A DNA stretch of 44,965 nucleotides from Folioceros fuciformis. Taxonomy: Eukaryota. The notes below the pieces were generated by a model, which saw only the letters and a list, made by a program, of their open reading frames with translations, was not told where the DNA came from and ran no database searches. A program made the position numbers and the translations under genes. How positions within the stretch are numbered: position 1 is the stretch's first letter; every line of letters begins with the position of its first letter. Of the stretch, positions 10,531 through 22,763 are shown in pieces. The DNA lies in assembly GCA_049999805.1 (NCBI GenBank), contig JBNGIO010006186.1, forward strand, positions 52,401-97,365, given 5' to 3'.

Positions 10531-12287
10531 TGGACATAGTTTGTAATTGTTAAAATAATGAGTAGCATATAGTTGGTTATTTGGTATCTATACTATATAT
10601 CTTTTGGTTCCTTAGCTGGTAAACTGCGCTACATCTTTTTGTGTACGGAATGCATATCTTACAAAGACTAGTTGGAAAACTTGTTTCTTTATACACTACT
10701 TGAAACATTTCAGAGCGCTTCACTTGATCTGACCGATATTCCATACATGGTATGCGATTAGTCACCCTACGGTGTGGGAATCATTTTCAGGGCTTTTGAT
10801 CGGCACCAATGAAACGGTGATGCACTTGGTCATTTTCCTATGACTGAAAGAGCATTCTCTCGTCATATTTCTGAGGAAGGAAGCTTGAGGTGATGTGCGG
10901 ACTGGCGGGCCAGCTTGGAATGCTTGCCATCAGCGAGGGAAGGTGGGGGTGTTGCGTCAGTCAGGTCGTTTGGCGGGCCCATTCGAATTCGTTGCTTCAA
11001 TCTCCTCAACGCATGCCCGACCTCAGTCGATCATCTGGCCTTTGCCTCAGCTGTCAGAGAGGTGCGAAAGGAGGGTGGCAGCGTCTGGAGGAGCAACCGT
11101 TGCTGACACGGACTACGAGAGCTCGGAGTGACAACGTGACCCATTTCTCTGCCTTTGTGAATGATGTAGGTGCGGTAAGGTACTTGGCATGACGGTTAGG
11201 TGCAAGGAGGGCTTCATTGTGGTCCCGTCTGGTGATGTCAGAAGCTACTCGAGAGACCACCATTCCGTGGCGTTGCGGTCACTCTTGAAGCGAAGGGATG
11301 CTGGATGGAGCAAACACGCGAACGGGGAGGTTGTCGTGCGTGCTTGCTCTTTATGTTTTCGATTTCCACTGTGATGTAGGGTGGAGGGGTGGACACTGAC
11401 CACAGGAGGCCAGCTTTGGTTGTAGGTGCAGGTGGAACTTGGCCAGCCTCACTCTAGTGTTAAACACTGGGTCTGCAATACGTTCAAGTCTCCTCGTTCA
11501 GCCTTTTGCTGTTCTCAACTCCAGAAGATTAATTACATCATCCAAGGGCCCTGTGAACCGTTGGTTCTACTCCGGGAACACCTGTACAGGCCATTCATCA
11601 TTCCCCGTCAAGAGAAGCTGTCGTGGAACGACATGAGACACTATCGCTAAACCAGCCACTTCCATGACCAGGACTGGGCCACTAACCTTGTGCAACTCGA
11701 TGACTTTGTGCAACACGCGTGACCTTGTGCAACACGAGTTGCCAGACAAACTTGTGCTACTCTGGTCAAAAGCTTCTAGACTAGTTCTCTCAAGATGGCA
11801 CAGCAAACTCACGTTTCAATTGGCACTTGCCGGGCATTGGAACTGTGCACGCCACCTTTTCACTACACGTAAGGAGCATGCTATTACAGACCTCGTTGCA
11901 GAAGCAAAGATACCGTGATATGAATTGGAAGTCCAGAGCATATCTCCACGTAATAATATCACACAAATGCTTCCTGTCACCCTGGATACCCGACCTGCCC
12001 CTCTGCCATAGATAGGGAACATGATAGGACACAGATACCTTTTTGAAAGAAGCCTCCCCTCCGTCTTCCACGGACGATACAACGATTATTGTGGAGAACC
12101 TTATATTTTAAAAACAACTCAATGATGGCGAGGGACAGTTCCGACTGCCTGCACCCAGACCTTCTGCACAACATAAGCCAGAGACCACATACACCCGCAT
12201 CAACCAAAAGCGCACAGAAATGACAAAGTAATTTTCATTAGGTGAGATCAAAAAAATTGCTCAACAGGAACGTATGAATATGTTGTA

Positions 12288-14135
12288 TCAGTCCTCATCC
12301 ATCTGTGTCCTTGACTTTCGGATGCTATTTACTTTTCGACCACTAGCTGGCTTTTTCTTGCTTCTCCGGACATGGTCCTCTAGCCTGTCTAACCTCTCAC
12401 TCAAGTTGCACATGGAGGTGGTTTGCTGATGCATCATTTGCTCAAACATCCGCTTCAGCAGCTCGTTCTCCTTCTTCAACTGCCGAAGTAGGTCAATGGT
12501 ACTGCCCTCTCCCACATCGGAATCTTCTAGCTTTCTTTTCCTATCACAATCTCCCCGTGCCGTCTTCCTACCCTCCGTATCTACATCTCCAGAGCTTGGG
12601 TTTGTACTCAGAGCGCAAGCGTTTCTTGTCTCCACATCTACAAGGACCTCGTCCCCCTCTGCAGATGTGGAGACACTGTCTGCTCTACTGTTATGCACAC
12701 CAGGCAACTCCATTTCAGCATCAGCATCAGTACCTAGAAACTCGTGGCCGCTGGCTGCTTGAACTCGATGTGCCGTCCAACCCTCCTCATTCTCGTCATG
12801 CGAGAGAGCGCCTGTTTCATACTCCGCTCCATCGTTCGCACGCGCATCAGATCCTTCGTGAGAGAGAACTGGAGTATTAACTTCTTCCATAGGCTGCTCT
12901 TCAACCATATCTGCGGGCCTGTGAATATCAAGGGTAGTCTCCTCCGTCACCCCTTCCTTCCCATCATCGATCTCCATTCTCCGAACTCCGGCAGCTGCCG
13001 CCTCCTCGTCCTCCGTCGTCAAGGGCAGACTGTCCTCTTCCACGTTGCTCTGTTGGACCGGAATTCTGTCCTCTTCCATGTTGCTCACGTGGACGGGACT
13101 ACTGTCCTCTTCCGCGTTGCTCTCTTCGACCGGCATACTCTCCTCTTCCACGTTGCTCACTTGGACGGGAATACTGTCCTCTTCCACGTTGCTCTCTTGG
13201 ACCGGAATACTCTCCTTTTCCACGTTGCTCACTTGGACGGGAATACTGTCCACTTCCACATTGCTCACAAGGACGGGAATACTGTCCTCTTCCACTTTGC
13301 TCTCTTGGACCGGAAGACTGTCCTCTCCGACGTCGCTTTCTTGGACGGCCATTTCATCTTCCGTTTCGCAACTTTGTGCAGCATCATCTTCATCCGCACT
13401 GTTGACAGGAGTTTCAACGAATTTCAAGTCATCAGCAGTAGGTGTCCGGCCGGAAGCAATTGCGGCCTCGGTGACATCCTGCAGCCTGATCAACTCCCGA
13501 GTAACTGCCTTCCGCATATCCCGCACCAACGGATGCACTCCTTGAAGACTGTCCAACTTCAGCAACTGATGCATAATCATCTCGTTAAACTTCAGTCGCT
13601 CCATGTTGATCTCTCGGAGCTTCATCAGATACTCAGGGTCACACGCCTGCATCTGAAACTCCTTCAACTTCTCCCCAACCTCCTTGATAATCCGCAGATG
13701 CTTCAACGACTGCGTCTTCTGCACCAGATATCCCCGATACCTGGATTGCACATACCTCGCCGCATCATCCGCGCTGTCAAAGCATTTCTTCGGAGACTTC
13801 TTGACTTCCTCCTTCACACGGGGGACCTCCTTCGTGGCCTCCTTCCGAGCATCCTTCCCGTCTGTCACAACAATCTTCCGCACAGGCACCTTGGCCGTCT
13901 GTACAGGCGGATTGTGGCCCCTGCCATACCTCTGCGGAACAGAGGGCATCCGATGATACCCATTCAGACCTCCATTGTAATAGGGCTCGGCAATGTCTGT
14001 CGCCTCCGGCTCGGGAAAGTAAGGACTTCGCACAACATTCCTCGATCCCAAGGGCGAGCCCGTGGGGTACCGCCTTACCCCCATGGAAGGTTTGTAAGCG
14101 TAGTAAGGCACATCATCCATGAATCCTCCACCCAT
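12288..14135 (-). CDS. BAG-domain co-chaperone with IQ calmodulin-binding motif (BAG5/BAG6-like), single exon, ~615 aa
   Basis: IQ-like AARYVQSRYRGYLVQK, then BAG-like ERLKFNEMIMHQLLKLDSLQGVHPLVRDMRKAVTRELIRLQD. Acidic repeat region and a C-terminal coiled coil. First ATG in the ORF (MGGGFMDD) is at 14135. Confidence 0.88.
   Translation of the reverse strand: MGGGFMDDVPYYAYKPSMGVRRYPTGSPLGSRNVVRSPYFPEPEATDIAEPYYNGGLNGYHRMPSVPQRYGRGHNPPVQTAKVPVRKIVVTDGKDARKEATKEVPRVKEEVKKSPKKCFDSADDAARYVQSRYRGYLVQKTQSLKHLRIIKEVGEKLKEFQMQACDPEYLMKLREINMERLKFNEMIMHQLLKLDSLQGVHPLVRDMRKAVTRELIRLQDVTEAAIASGRTPTADDLKFVETPVNSADEDDAAQSCETEDEMAVQESDVGEDSLPVQESKVEEDSIPVLVSNVEVDSIPVQVSNVEKESIPVQESNVEEDSIPVQVSNVEEESMPVEESNAEEDSSPVHVSNMEEDRIPVQQSNVEEDSLPLTTEDEEAAAAGVRRMEIDDGKEGVTEETTLDIHRPADMVEEQPMEEVNTPVLSHEGSDARANDGAEYETGALSHDENEEGWTAHRVQAASGHEFLGTDADAEMELPGVHNSRADSVSTSAEGDEVLVDVETRNACALSTNPSSGDVDTEGRKTARGDCDRKRKLEDSDVGEGSTIDLLRQLKKENELLKRMFEQMMHQQTTSMCNLSERLDRLEDHVRRSKKKPASGRKVNSIRKSRTQMDED
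13023..13346 (-). repeat. Coding tandem repeat, 9 x 36 bp (VQESNVEEDSIP)
   Basis: Nine consecutive 12-aa units in the BAG protein. Confidence 0.95.
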
Positions 14136-14513
14136 GCCTCTGCCTCCAAAAAATCCCGCCAGCTTTGCGATACACAGCGCGCTCCCAGCTCCAAACCACA
14201 CTGAAAACCCAAAACGTAGAGCAGACACCAACCTCAGAAAGGATCCGCGACTTCTAAGCTGAAATGCGAAGATGCTGTCAGGGTAATACGTGACGCGTAT
14301 GATGTGCCAATTTATAACGCCCTGAGAAGTTGCACCAGAAGCCACTGCATCGAAATCTCCAGAACGTCTCCAGTGTTCGCAGCGAGTCGGGAAGGTGCGA
14401 GAAGCGCGGTAACCCGGGAATCTCCTCACTTTCTAGAAGGTTTCTTGTTCCACCTGAGCAATCAGGATCCTCATTTCTAACCTGCAACCTTAACTATACC
14501 TTAACTTGCAATC

Positions 14514-14590
14514 TTATTCTTATTATTATTATTATTACGATTACTATTACTATTACTACTGCAGCTGCCACTAATAATAATAATAAAATT
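14514..14590. repeat. (TAT)n/(AAT)n microsatellite
   Basis: tattattattattatt...aataataataa, directly visible. Confidence 0.85.
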
Positions 14591-15120
14591 TAACCTATAA
14601 CTAAATCTTAGAGCATTTTGATCACAGGAGAATAGTCATTATCATTAACACTCTTCAGAGTGTTTAATTAAGAGGGCCTCAAAGAAACGAGAGACATGCT
14701 AGTGAATGCTTTAGGAGTGGTTCTTTGGAGATAAAAAGAGAAAACTTCAGCAAATCCTTTGGGTGTTGTTTGGTAAACCTCAACCTTGTCAACTACAAGA
14801 AGAGATGGCTACCAATCTTTGGATAGCGTTTTCCTTGACACAATATCCTAATGTGGATGAAATACATGAGATTAGGCTTATGCTTCATTCAATTAGCCTT
14901 GATCTAAAAAATACATTGTGGCCTCAAGGCTTGCTCACATTTAGTTTAGCATTCATCCCTAAATCTAACACTCCCAAGTAGTAGACACTAGATGTAGTTA
15001 ATGTGCCTTAAACTAAGCATGCACTATGACTATTGGCATACAAGGCACAAGTTAACTTTTGTAAACTGACCTTACAACCTTGCAACCATTCTAATAATTC
15101 TCAGACCCATGAATTGTGAA

Positions 15121-15681
15121 CTATTTTTGAGTTCTGTATGCACATTCCTCTCTTGCTTGCTGTCTATACTTCTGCAGCAGCTTCTGATTCTTAGTGAGGA
15201 TCCTTTTCGTTGTCTTTGGGGGCTTCACCTTGTGCTCCTTGACTTCTTCCTCAACGGGGAGATTTGGTTTTTTCTTTGGGAGTTCCAGCTTACGCTGTTT
15301 TATTTTTTTTCCTTCAAATTTTTCCTCTTTGATTTCTTTCTCGTCAACTTCTTGCCCGACAGGAAGACCATGGTGAGTTACTTCCACAATAGAAGTTACC
15401 TGTAGTGCAGCCCCTTGGGAGGAAGAAGGATGTTGTGCAATTCTTGCATGTTGCTGAGCATGTTTTTTTTCAAACTTACGACGAGATTCCAAGACAGTTG
15501 GTGTTTGTCCTCCTTCAGCTTGTGGGTTTTTCTTCTTCATTTTTGCATCATTTGCTATTGTGTTACTCCTACATCCTTCAACCTTTGGTGATGTTTCATT
15601 GCCTGAGGCATGTGCAGTGTAAGGCACCTCAATCCTCTTTCTCTTGGAGTCCTTCTTGGAAACACCAAAATCACGATCCAT
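15121..15681 (-). CDS. Lys/Glu-rich ORF of unknown function, 186 aa (possible orphan gene or transposon relic)
   Basis: ATG-initiated open frame in AT-rich DNA. No domain recognised. Confidence 0.25.
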   Translation of the reverse strand: MDRDFGVSKKDSKRKRIEVPYTAHASGNETSPKVEGCRSNTIANDAKMKKKNPQAEGGQTPTVLESRRKFEKKHAQQHARIAQHPSSSQGAALQVTSIVEVTHHGLPVGQEVDEKEIKEEKFEGKKIKQRKLELPKKKPNLPVEEEVKEHKVKPPKTTKRILTKNQKLLQKYRQQAREECAYRTQK

Positions 15682-16267
15682 GATTACCTCTTTGTTCTAT
15701 GAGAGGTTTTTGGGAGTATTGTAGAAGGATATGGCTCTAAACCTCAAATAACTTTTGTGTAGCAGAATAAGAACATGAAACAGTACCTCACCAAAAAATT
15801 ATATTTTGGGTCAAGATAGAACTTGGCATATATATTATACAACCTATGCATATATAGATCTTAGGTTTCTCTTGTTTCTCGGAAAAGGGAAGATTCATTA
15901 AATATTCATAAATATAATTAATGATATTAACTTAACTTAATAAGTTTGTGGAGGATGGGTCATGTGAACCGTATGTGAATGGTATATTAGGGTTAATGAC
16001 ATGGAAAACCTTACAACAACCATAGCCCGTTACTAAAAGCTCTATATCATGATTCTCCTTCTTTTCTATATTGTGGCCTTTCGATCCAACACGTATCTAT
16101 TCATTTTTTTCAAAGAGCATGTGGCCAAAGCGATTTTTAGAACAACAAGCTGCACATATCAAGTGGCAAGCATGCCTCATTAGATCAAGTGGCAAGCATG
16201 CCTTTTGCTATTCCATGTCATGACATTTTTTGAGAATGATGTTCCAAAGGACCTAATTGTGGACTCC

Positions 16268-16617
16268 TCCTTGTTCTCCAATCTTTGGCCCTGCTCCTTG
16301 ATCCCCAATCTTTGACCCTGCTCCTTGATCCCCAATCTTTGGCCCTGCTCCTTGTTCCCCAATCTNNNNNNNNNNNNNNNNNNNNNNNNNNNNNNNNNNN
16401 NNNNNNNNNNNNNNNNNNNNNNNNNNNNNNNNNNNNNNNNNNNNNNNNNNNNNNNNNNNNNNNNNTCCCCAATCTTTGGCCCTGCTCCTTGTTCCCCAAT
16501 CTTTGGCCCTGCTCCTTGTTCCCCAATCTTTGGCCCTGCTCCTTGTTCCCCAATCTTTGGCCCTGCTCCTTGTTCCCCAATCTTTGGCCCTGTTCCTTGT
16601 TCTCCAATCTTTGGCCA
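16268..16617. repeat. 27-bp minisatellite spanning a 100-N gap
   Basis: The unit ccaatctttggccctgctccttgttcc repeats on both sides of the N run 16366-16465. Confidence 0.95.
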
Positions 16618-18082
16618 TGCTTGGTGGAGTAGATGGACTTCCCGTCTCTTTTTCAATAATATAAAAGGGGGAGGGGGGCAAGGATGCTGTCCGTCCATCG
16701 GCTGGCAAGTAACACAGTACAGTTGCTCTGGGTGCGAACCTCGGGGGTGGAGATGATCTGCCAGTCGATGATGCAGGAGGGCTGCTAGCGTATAAAATAT
16801 GCGATCTGAGGGGAATCCGGTGGGAGAGAGACTCACAGGCAGATTCCTTGCGTGCCCTCTGCATAGCACAGCCAAGCAACAAGGGGCAAATTTTGCTTGA
16901 ATCCTATTCTTCTCCAGGTGTGCAGCCACAGGAGGAAATGAAGGTCGAAGACTTGCGTGGGGGAAATGTGGGAAAAGGGACATTGGGGACCATTGATGAG
17001 AAGGAGTGTAATGCACCATTTGGTGCCGTGGTTCAAGTTGAGGGCAGTGTGTGGTTGTCTGGCTCTACCAAGAATGTGTATTGTTCAAACGATGGTGGGT
17101 CCAGGAAGGGGGAAATATCCTTGAACATCATTGAGGGGCTTTAAAAATAGGGGAAGCTTTTGGGGTAGAGTAAACCAGTACCGTCCATGTACCGAGCAGG
17201 CAGAAGGCAGACGCAGAGGCACAGGCAGCAGGCAGCAGGAGGGTCTTCGGGAATCGAGCCTGCACCCTCCAACTTTTACGATCTTGATACGTATGCAGGT
17301 GCAGAACCTCTGTTGAGCAGCAGTCAGTGCAGCTCCTCGGCTCCTGCGTGTGGGGGCAACAAGTTTGTCGTTGAGTTTGAACTGACCTCAGCAGGCTGCA
17401 GCGTCAAGGGGGAGCGTATGAATGTCCGGCTGGAACCTCAGGCCGGGCCTGTTGTCTGCAGATGGGCCGAGGGTGGGGCCACCACCCGAGCTCACACTTT
17501 TTTGGTTTTTGTTTTCTCCCTGCCACTCCCTTTGCCTTCCCCTTCAGAGCTCGGGAAAGGAGCTTCCTATCTGCTTTCTACCTTTCCTCTTATCCACCAC
17601 CTCAAGACAATAACATGTACCATGTACAGTGTGCCACATGACAGAGGAGAAGCCCAAGAGAAGAAGCCCCCAAGAGAAGCCGAGAGGAGAGAAGAAAGAA
17701 GAAAGGAGGTCTGGCAGCAGTCTACCAATTCCAGCTCCAGCTCCAGCCCCAGCCCCAGCCCCATTCTAGTGTGCAGAGTCCAGGCATCCACTGCCCCTCT
17801 TCACGAGAGACGCAGCCATTGAGCGGTCCCACCTCGGATACCGCTCTGCTGCTGAATATTGTATTGTAGAACGGTACGAATGAGTGTCATGGATTCATCC
17901 CTCAGGTCGGTCGGTGTCGTCTCCCAGTCTTCGCCTCTTTCTTCGTTCAGGACGCCCCATGTGAGCGAGGGGCGAGGGGGGCGAGGTGCAGAAAGCAGGG
18001 TCCCAATGATGGGATTCTCTTCTTCCTTCCCAAGCGAAAGGGCCCCCGCACCTGGGGGCCCAGGAGGCAGGCAGGCCGTATG

Positions 18083-18146
18083 GCCAAGCTAAGCTAAGTG
18101 AGCAAGCAAGCCAAGCCAGGCCAGGCCAGGCCAAGCCAAGCCAAGG
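18083..18146. repeat. Pentamer microsatellite (GCCAA/GCCAG)n
   Basis: gccaagctaagctaag...gccaagccaggccaggccaggccaagccaagccaagg. Confidence 0.75.
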
Positions 18147-19247
18147 CTAACCAGCGAGAGAATGGGGTGATGTGAGCTCAGAACCTGACACCGGCTCTTA
18201 CCCCACCCCACGAGACCATCCCCATTTGTCCTGACTTGACTCCAGTGCACACGCACGGCCTTGTCGTCACTTCACCAACTTGCTCCCCCCCCCCCGCCCG
18301 CGCTTGCCACGGCCCGAAGTTCGTCTTGCCGTTGCGCAAGGCAGAGCTGGATGGCGGGGCAAATTGCAATGCCGATGGCAGCTTCTCGTCAGCTGTGACA
18401 CTTGAGGGCCAGGCCAGCATTGCAGTCTGTATCGAAGGGTAGGTATGGTGACCCACCGAGACGAGAAGCGAACCCACCATCGGCAGTTCAATTTGCCATG
18501 ACTCCATCAGTGCCAACTTCTTCTCGACAGCTGAGAACCGAACGAGGGTTCGCGTGGCATGGCATTGCCTCATGTCACCGATCAGAAACGCGAGAAGCAG
18601 AAAACGTGAAGATGGCATTGGCTTGTTCAGATTATGTACACAAAAGAGGGGATAGTCTGAAGAAGCGCTTCCAGGGGTCCGGGACATCCATGGTCCCATT
18701 TAATAAGTCTCAGTTACCAAAGCCTAGCATGTGCAAAGCAAGCAATCGGAGCAAGCTAACCAGTCGAGAAAAAGCAAAGCAATCAAACAAGAGCTCCCCG
18801 CAGCAGTCCGGTGTCGTATATCTTGACGATTGCCGCTGTTGCTGTAGCTGCTGCTGAAGCCGAAGTGAAGCCGCTGCTGCCCGTTATCTCACTGTTCAGA
18901 TGCTGCCCGTGATCTAACTGTTTAGCGGCTGCCGCTTGCTGCTTGCAAGCCGAAGCAGGCCTTGAATGGTAACATCATCTTGGGAGGAATAAAAGGGAAG
19001 GGGAAGAGAAGAGACAGGAGACAAAGAAAACAAGAAGATGGTTCGAAGCGCTATCTACTAGCTATCCACCCGAGTCCGGCAAGGCATGGATTCCTTTCCT
19101 CGCACGGCCCGAGCAGTCCGTCCTCACTCCCCAGCCGATCCAAAATTGGGTCTCTCTGCAGGCCAGAATGCGCGCAGGAAGAGACGAGACGGGAAGCAAA
19201 CACTTGCCTTGCCTTGCCTTCCCTTCGCCTACATCTTCCCGACATCG

Positions 19248-20336
19248 CTAGGCGTCCAGGAACCCGGTGCGACGCAACACAGCATTGCGGACTTCCAAAA
19301 GATCGCGGCCCTTGAGAGTGCGTCCCACGCCCTCGCACATGGAGAAGGTGCTCACCTGAGAGCGCGCGTAGTCTCGAGCCACGATCTCGTGGGGATGAAG
19401 ACGCTGCTTGCGCCCGGTGCCATCGTCCTCATCCTCGTCGCTGCTGTAAACCACCGGCTTCGCCTTGGGCGCCAGCCTGTAGATCTTGCTCCAGTCCGGC
19501 ACGTTCACAGGGGCAGACTGGTTGGCGGTGGCTATGGTGGAGCCCGTGTAAGAGGAGGACAGGTCTCCGGGATTCTGCTGCTTTTGCTTCTGCAGCCGCC
19601 CGGCGCTGGCCATGGCCGCGCTCACTCCACCGATGGGGATGGCGGACCTGGCGTGCCCGGAGCCAGACAAGGACCCGACAACGGCAGCCCCAGCCCCCGG
19701 GGCAACCTCGAAGCCCTGCGATGTAGGGATCCTGCGGGAGGCCGAAGAAGGTGCTGGGATGCTGAAACCCTCGGTGGAGCCTCCGAGAGACGGGCGGCTG
19801 GAGCTCCCGGTGCTAAAGGCTATGGCGCTCCCGCTTCCCCTGAAGCTGCCCACCGGGGGTTCGTCGAAGCCGGAACGGCGGCGCGGGCTCTGAGTCTGGG
19901 TCTGCAGACCTTGAGCTTCCTTCCGAGCTTGGAGATGGTGCCCGTTCCCCAGATACCTAAGCGGGTCGCCGGCTTCCAGTTGCTTGGCGGAGGAGGCGGG
20001 CACATGGCCTTGCCCCGCGTAGCGTCCATGGCTGAGGCTGCCATGGAGGCGGCCTTGGCCAACACCGTAGCCGTATCCGGCACCGGAGCCCACCAAGTCC
20101 GGCTCCCCGTCATCCTCCTCCGTCTCCCACACGTCCTCCTCCTTCAGCTCCTGCAGATCGTCAGCCTCCTCTCCCAGCGGAGAGTGCACTGTCGGGGAAG
20201 GGGAAGTGCCCAGGGAGGTGCCCAGAAACATGTCTGCTAGGCTCCCCACAGCATGGCCGCTGCCCCCCTTGTCCCGGCCGGAGCCCCCAAATCCGGAATT
20301 GGGAGCCACCGGGATGTTCCGCATTCTGCTCATCAT
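19248..20336 (-). CDS. Senescence regulator S40 family protein (DUF584), single exon, 362 aa
   Basis: Diagnostic motifs ELKEEDVW, QSAPVNVPDWSKI, LHPHEIVAR and TFSMCEGVGRTLKGRDLLEVRNAVLRRTGFLD. Confidence 0.93.
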   Translation of the reverse strand: MMSRMRNIPVAPNSGFGGSGRDKGGSGHAVGSLADMFLGTSLGTSPSPTVHSPLGEEADDLQELKEEDVWETEEDDGEPDLVGSGAGYGYGVGQGRLHGSLSHGRYAGQGHVPASSAKQLEAGDPLRYLGNGHHLQARKEAQGLQTQTQSPRRRSGFDEPPVGSFRGSGSAIAFSTGSSSRPSLGGSTEGFSIPAPSSASRRIPTSQGFEVAPGAGAAVVGSLSGSGHARSAIPIGGVSAAMASAGRLQKQKQQNPGDLSSSYTGSTIATANQSAPVNVPDWSKIYRLAPKAKPVVYSSDEDEDDGTGRKQRLHPHEIVARDYARSQVSTFSMCEGVGRTLKGRDLLEVRNAVLRRTGFLDA

Positions 20337-21681
20337 GGTGGGAAGGACACAAGCTCACCGCTCGTCTTCTCTCTCTCCTCCGCCTCGCAGCCTAACGTGC
20401 TCTGCTGTCTTGTCAGTTGTGGAGTCCGTGAGCAGAGGCAGTGGTTGCAAACGGGACTGAGACTGACACTTTCGGCTATCTTCCCTCCAGAACCCGAGCT
20501 CTCCCACACACAGCTCAATGCTCATGCACTAGAAGCAAGCAGGGATAGTAAGTAACCATGGGAGTGTGCGGATGTCACCGGCCTGGGCACATTCACTACC
20601 CACAAGCCTCAATCCCACCCTAACAACAAACCCACAATCAGCTGCCTCCAGATGGACCCGGGAGCTATACAATTTCGTCAGGGATATACAACAAAGACGA
20701 GGCACACACCCAAAACTTCTTATCCAACTTTCTGTTCACAATGTGAAGAATGACAACAACAACAACCACAACAACACAAAACTATCACCCTCAACAGCAC
20801 AAAACTATCACCACCGAACTCGCGAGAAGACAACAGACACAAGGAGCCAACAAGCACGTCTCACACTTCCACAACAACCCACAGAGCCCAACCCAGCTCA
20901 ATAAAAGAGAGAAACCGCAGCTCCGGAGAAGCTCAAGCGACCCACGACCGCCTTACGCACCACAAGGCCCGAGCGGTGACAGACGCTGGTAGCGGCACTG
21001 CAAGAGAAGCAGGAGAGAGCAAGTGGAAACGAAGGGCGAGAACGGGCCGGGAAGAAGGAAGGAGGGAAGCAGGGAAGGAAGGAAGAGAGAATGTGCAGCA
21101 CTGAGCGTCTGTGAGATGCTGCGGCTTTAAGGCCCTGCCTGCCAGATCGCAGTGGCAGCAGCAGCTGGGATATGGAAAAAGGATTCCCTCTCTTGTGCTG
21201 CTACCGCGGCCCAACTAGACTAAAATGTGGCTTGGGCTTCCGGTTGTCATGAGCCTGCTGGGCCTGCTTGCTTGCTCGCCCAGCCCACCACCCTGGCGGA
21301 GTGCTGTCGTACACGGTAAACCCTCCTCTCCCCCTCTCCCTCCACCACTCTACCAGATGACTCACCTAGGCTGCATACATACGGACGTAACACACGCCAA
21401 GGGCAAAACCATAACCACCGCTGGAACCCGGACCTGCAGTGCTGGACCCGGTCGCCATCGTCGTCTGCAATTTGCGGTCCCGGGCATCCGGGCCACTGCG
21501 ACGGCCCGAATCGGGCTGCCGTCACTCTTGCGTCACTCACCCGCGTGCCCCAGATCTCTCTGCCCTCCGTAGTTTATGAGCCACAACAAGGCCACGCGAG
21601 GCTGGCCAGCGCAGCGCAACGGAAAAGGACGGAATGTAACGGAACACCAAATAGTGGAAACGGAACGGGACATCAGGGTGT

Positions 21682-21722
21682 CCAGTCCCAGTCCCAGTCC
21701 CAGTCCCAGTCCCAGTCCCAGT
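21682..21722. repeat. (CCCAGT)n hexamer microsatellite, about 7 units
   Basis: Directly visible in the GC-rich region upstream of the S40 gene. Confidence 0.9.
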
Positions 21723-22763
21723 TGCTCCCGGGACCGGCCACCGGCGACCGCACGGCGCCGCCTCGCCACTCCGCCGCCGCCACGATGGCCGGTTTCGTGC
21801 CGGCCACGCTCGGGCCGGCAGGGCGGCGTGTGATCCCATCCGGTCCAGCCGGTGCGCAATCGCGGGCTGCCCGGGCTGCCGGCCCACCCCGAGTCTGCAC
21901 ACCATGGGAACACGCTCCGCCTCCGGCGCGCCCGGGCAAGCGGGTCACACGACACTCTCCCGTCATCTCGCATTGCAGCTGCTCGGCTCCCTCCTCCTCC
22001 GTCTGTCAGTGCCAAGCAAACAACGGAAGGCAAAGGTGTAAGCAAAGCAAAGCAACGCGACTACTGTAGTCTCCTGACAGTTGGACACTTCGTCCTCACA
22101 ACTTGCCTGCACCTGCTCCCTTCCCCGTAACGACGGGGCCTGCACTCACCTCCGATTTGCTCATTCAAACTCCTACTCCTGGCGTTCCGTCTTTTAGGGG
22201 CCTAATTCCAGCCTGCCACTTTCTAGAATCATCCTCTTTAATTACACGACTCCGCCCTGTCCTCCTGCAGCCCGACGCACCATCTTTGTTTCCAATGTCC
22301 CCGCACTCTGAGACCTCAGAGCAGGTTCCACATGCTGTAGGAAGGACTCCGCTAATTTTTTTTCTTGAGGGAAGCGGGCAACCCCGCCGGCCGCCTGGTT
22401 AGGGTTAGCCATAGCCCTCGTACGAAGTCGAGGAGGGGAAGGACGGTTTGGAGATAGGCGTTGGCGCGCTTGGCAACTGCGTGGTGATGGTTCCGTGAAG
22501 CTTCGTCTGCGATGACGTGCCCGTACTCTTGGCCTTAATGGCGTCGGGAGACTGATTGAACACCTTGCCATGTGTGTCGGTATGTATGTACACTTGTACC
22601 CTAATTAACCAGCATACACCTTGTTTGGCCTCTGGAGGCTATGTGTGTCATACAAGAGAACTTCAAGCGTGAGAGAAGTTAATGGGCTGAGCCTGTCAGT
22701 AGAAGGCGGAAATGTTGGAGAGAGTCCGCATCCTAGGATTATACAATTCGCAGCAGGTATGTA

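Noticed and set aside
10890-12207. Short ORFs and splice-like signals downstream of BAG
   Set aside because: No consistent frame or recognisable family could be assembled.
12744-14204. 486-aa plus-strand ORF
   Set aside because: Antisense shadow of the BAG gene, with no independent domain signal.
14136-14429. 98-codon N-terminal extension of the BAG ORF
   Set aside because: Starts at a non-ATG codon and looks like 5' UTR.
16180-17019. ORFs with GAGPKIGEQ-type repeats
   Set aside because: Produced by a stop-free 27-bp minisatellite that is open in several frames and spans an N gap.
19086-20240. 384-aa plus-strand ORF
   Set aside because: Antisense shadow of the GC-rich S40 gene.
21225-22130. 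Many overlapping ORFs
   Set aside because: GC-rich regulatory DNA with a microsatellite. No recognisable protein.
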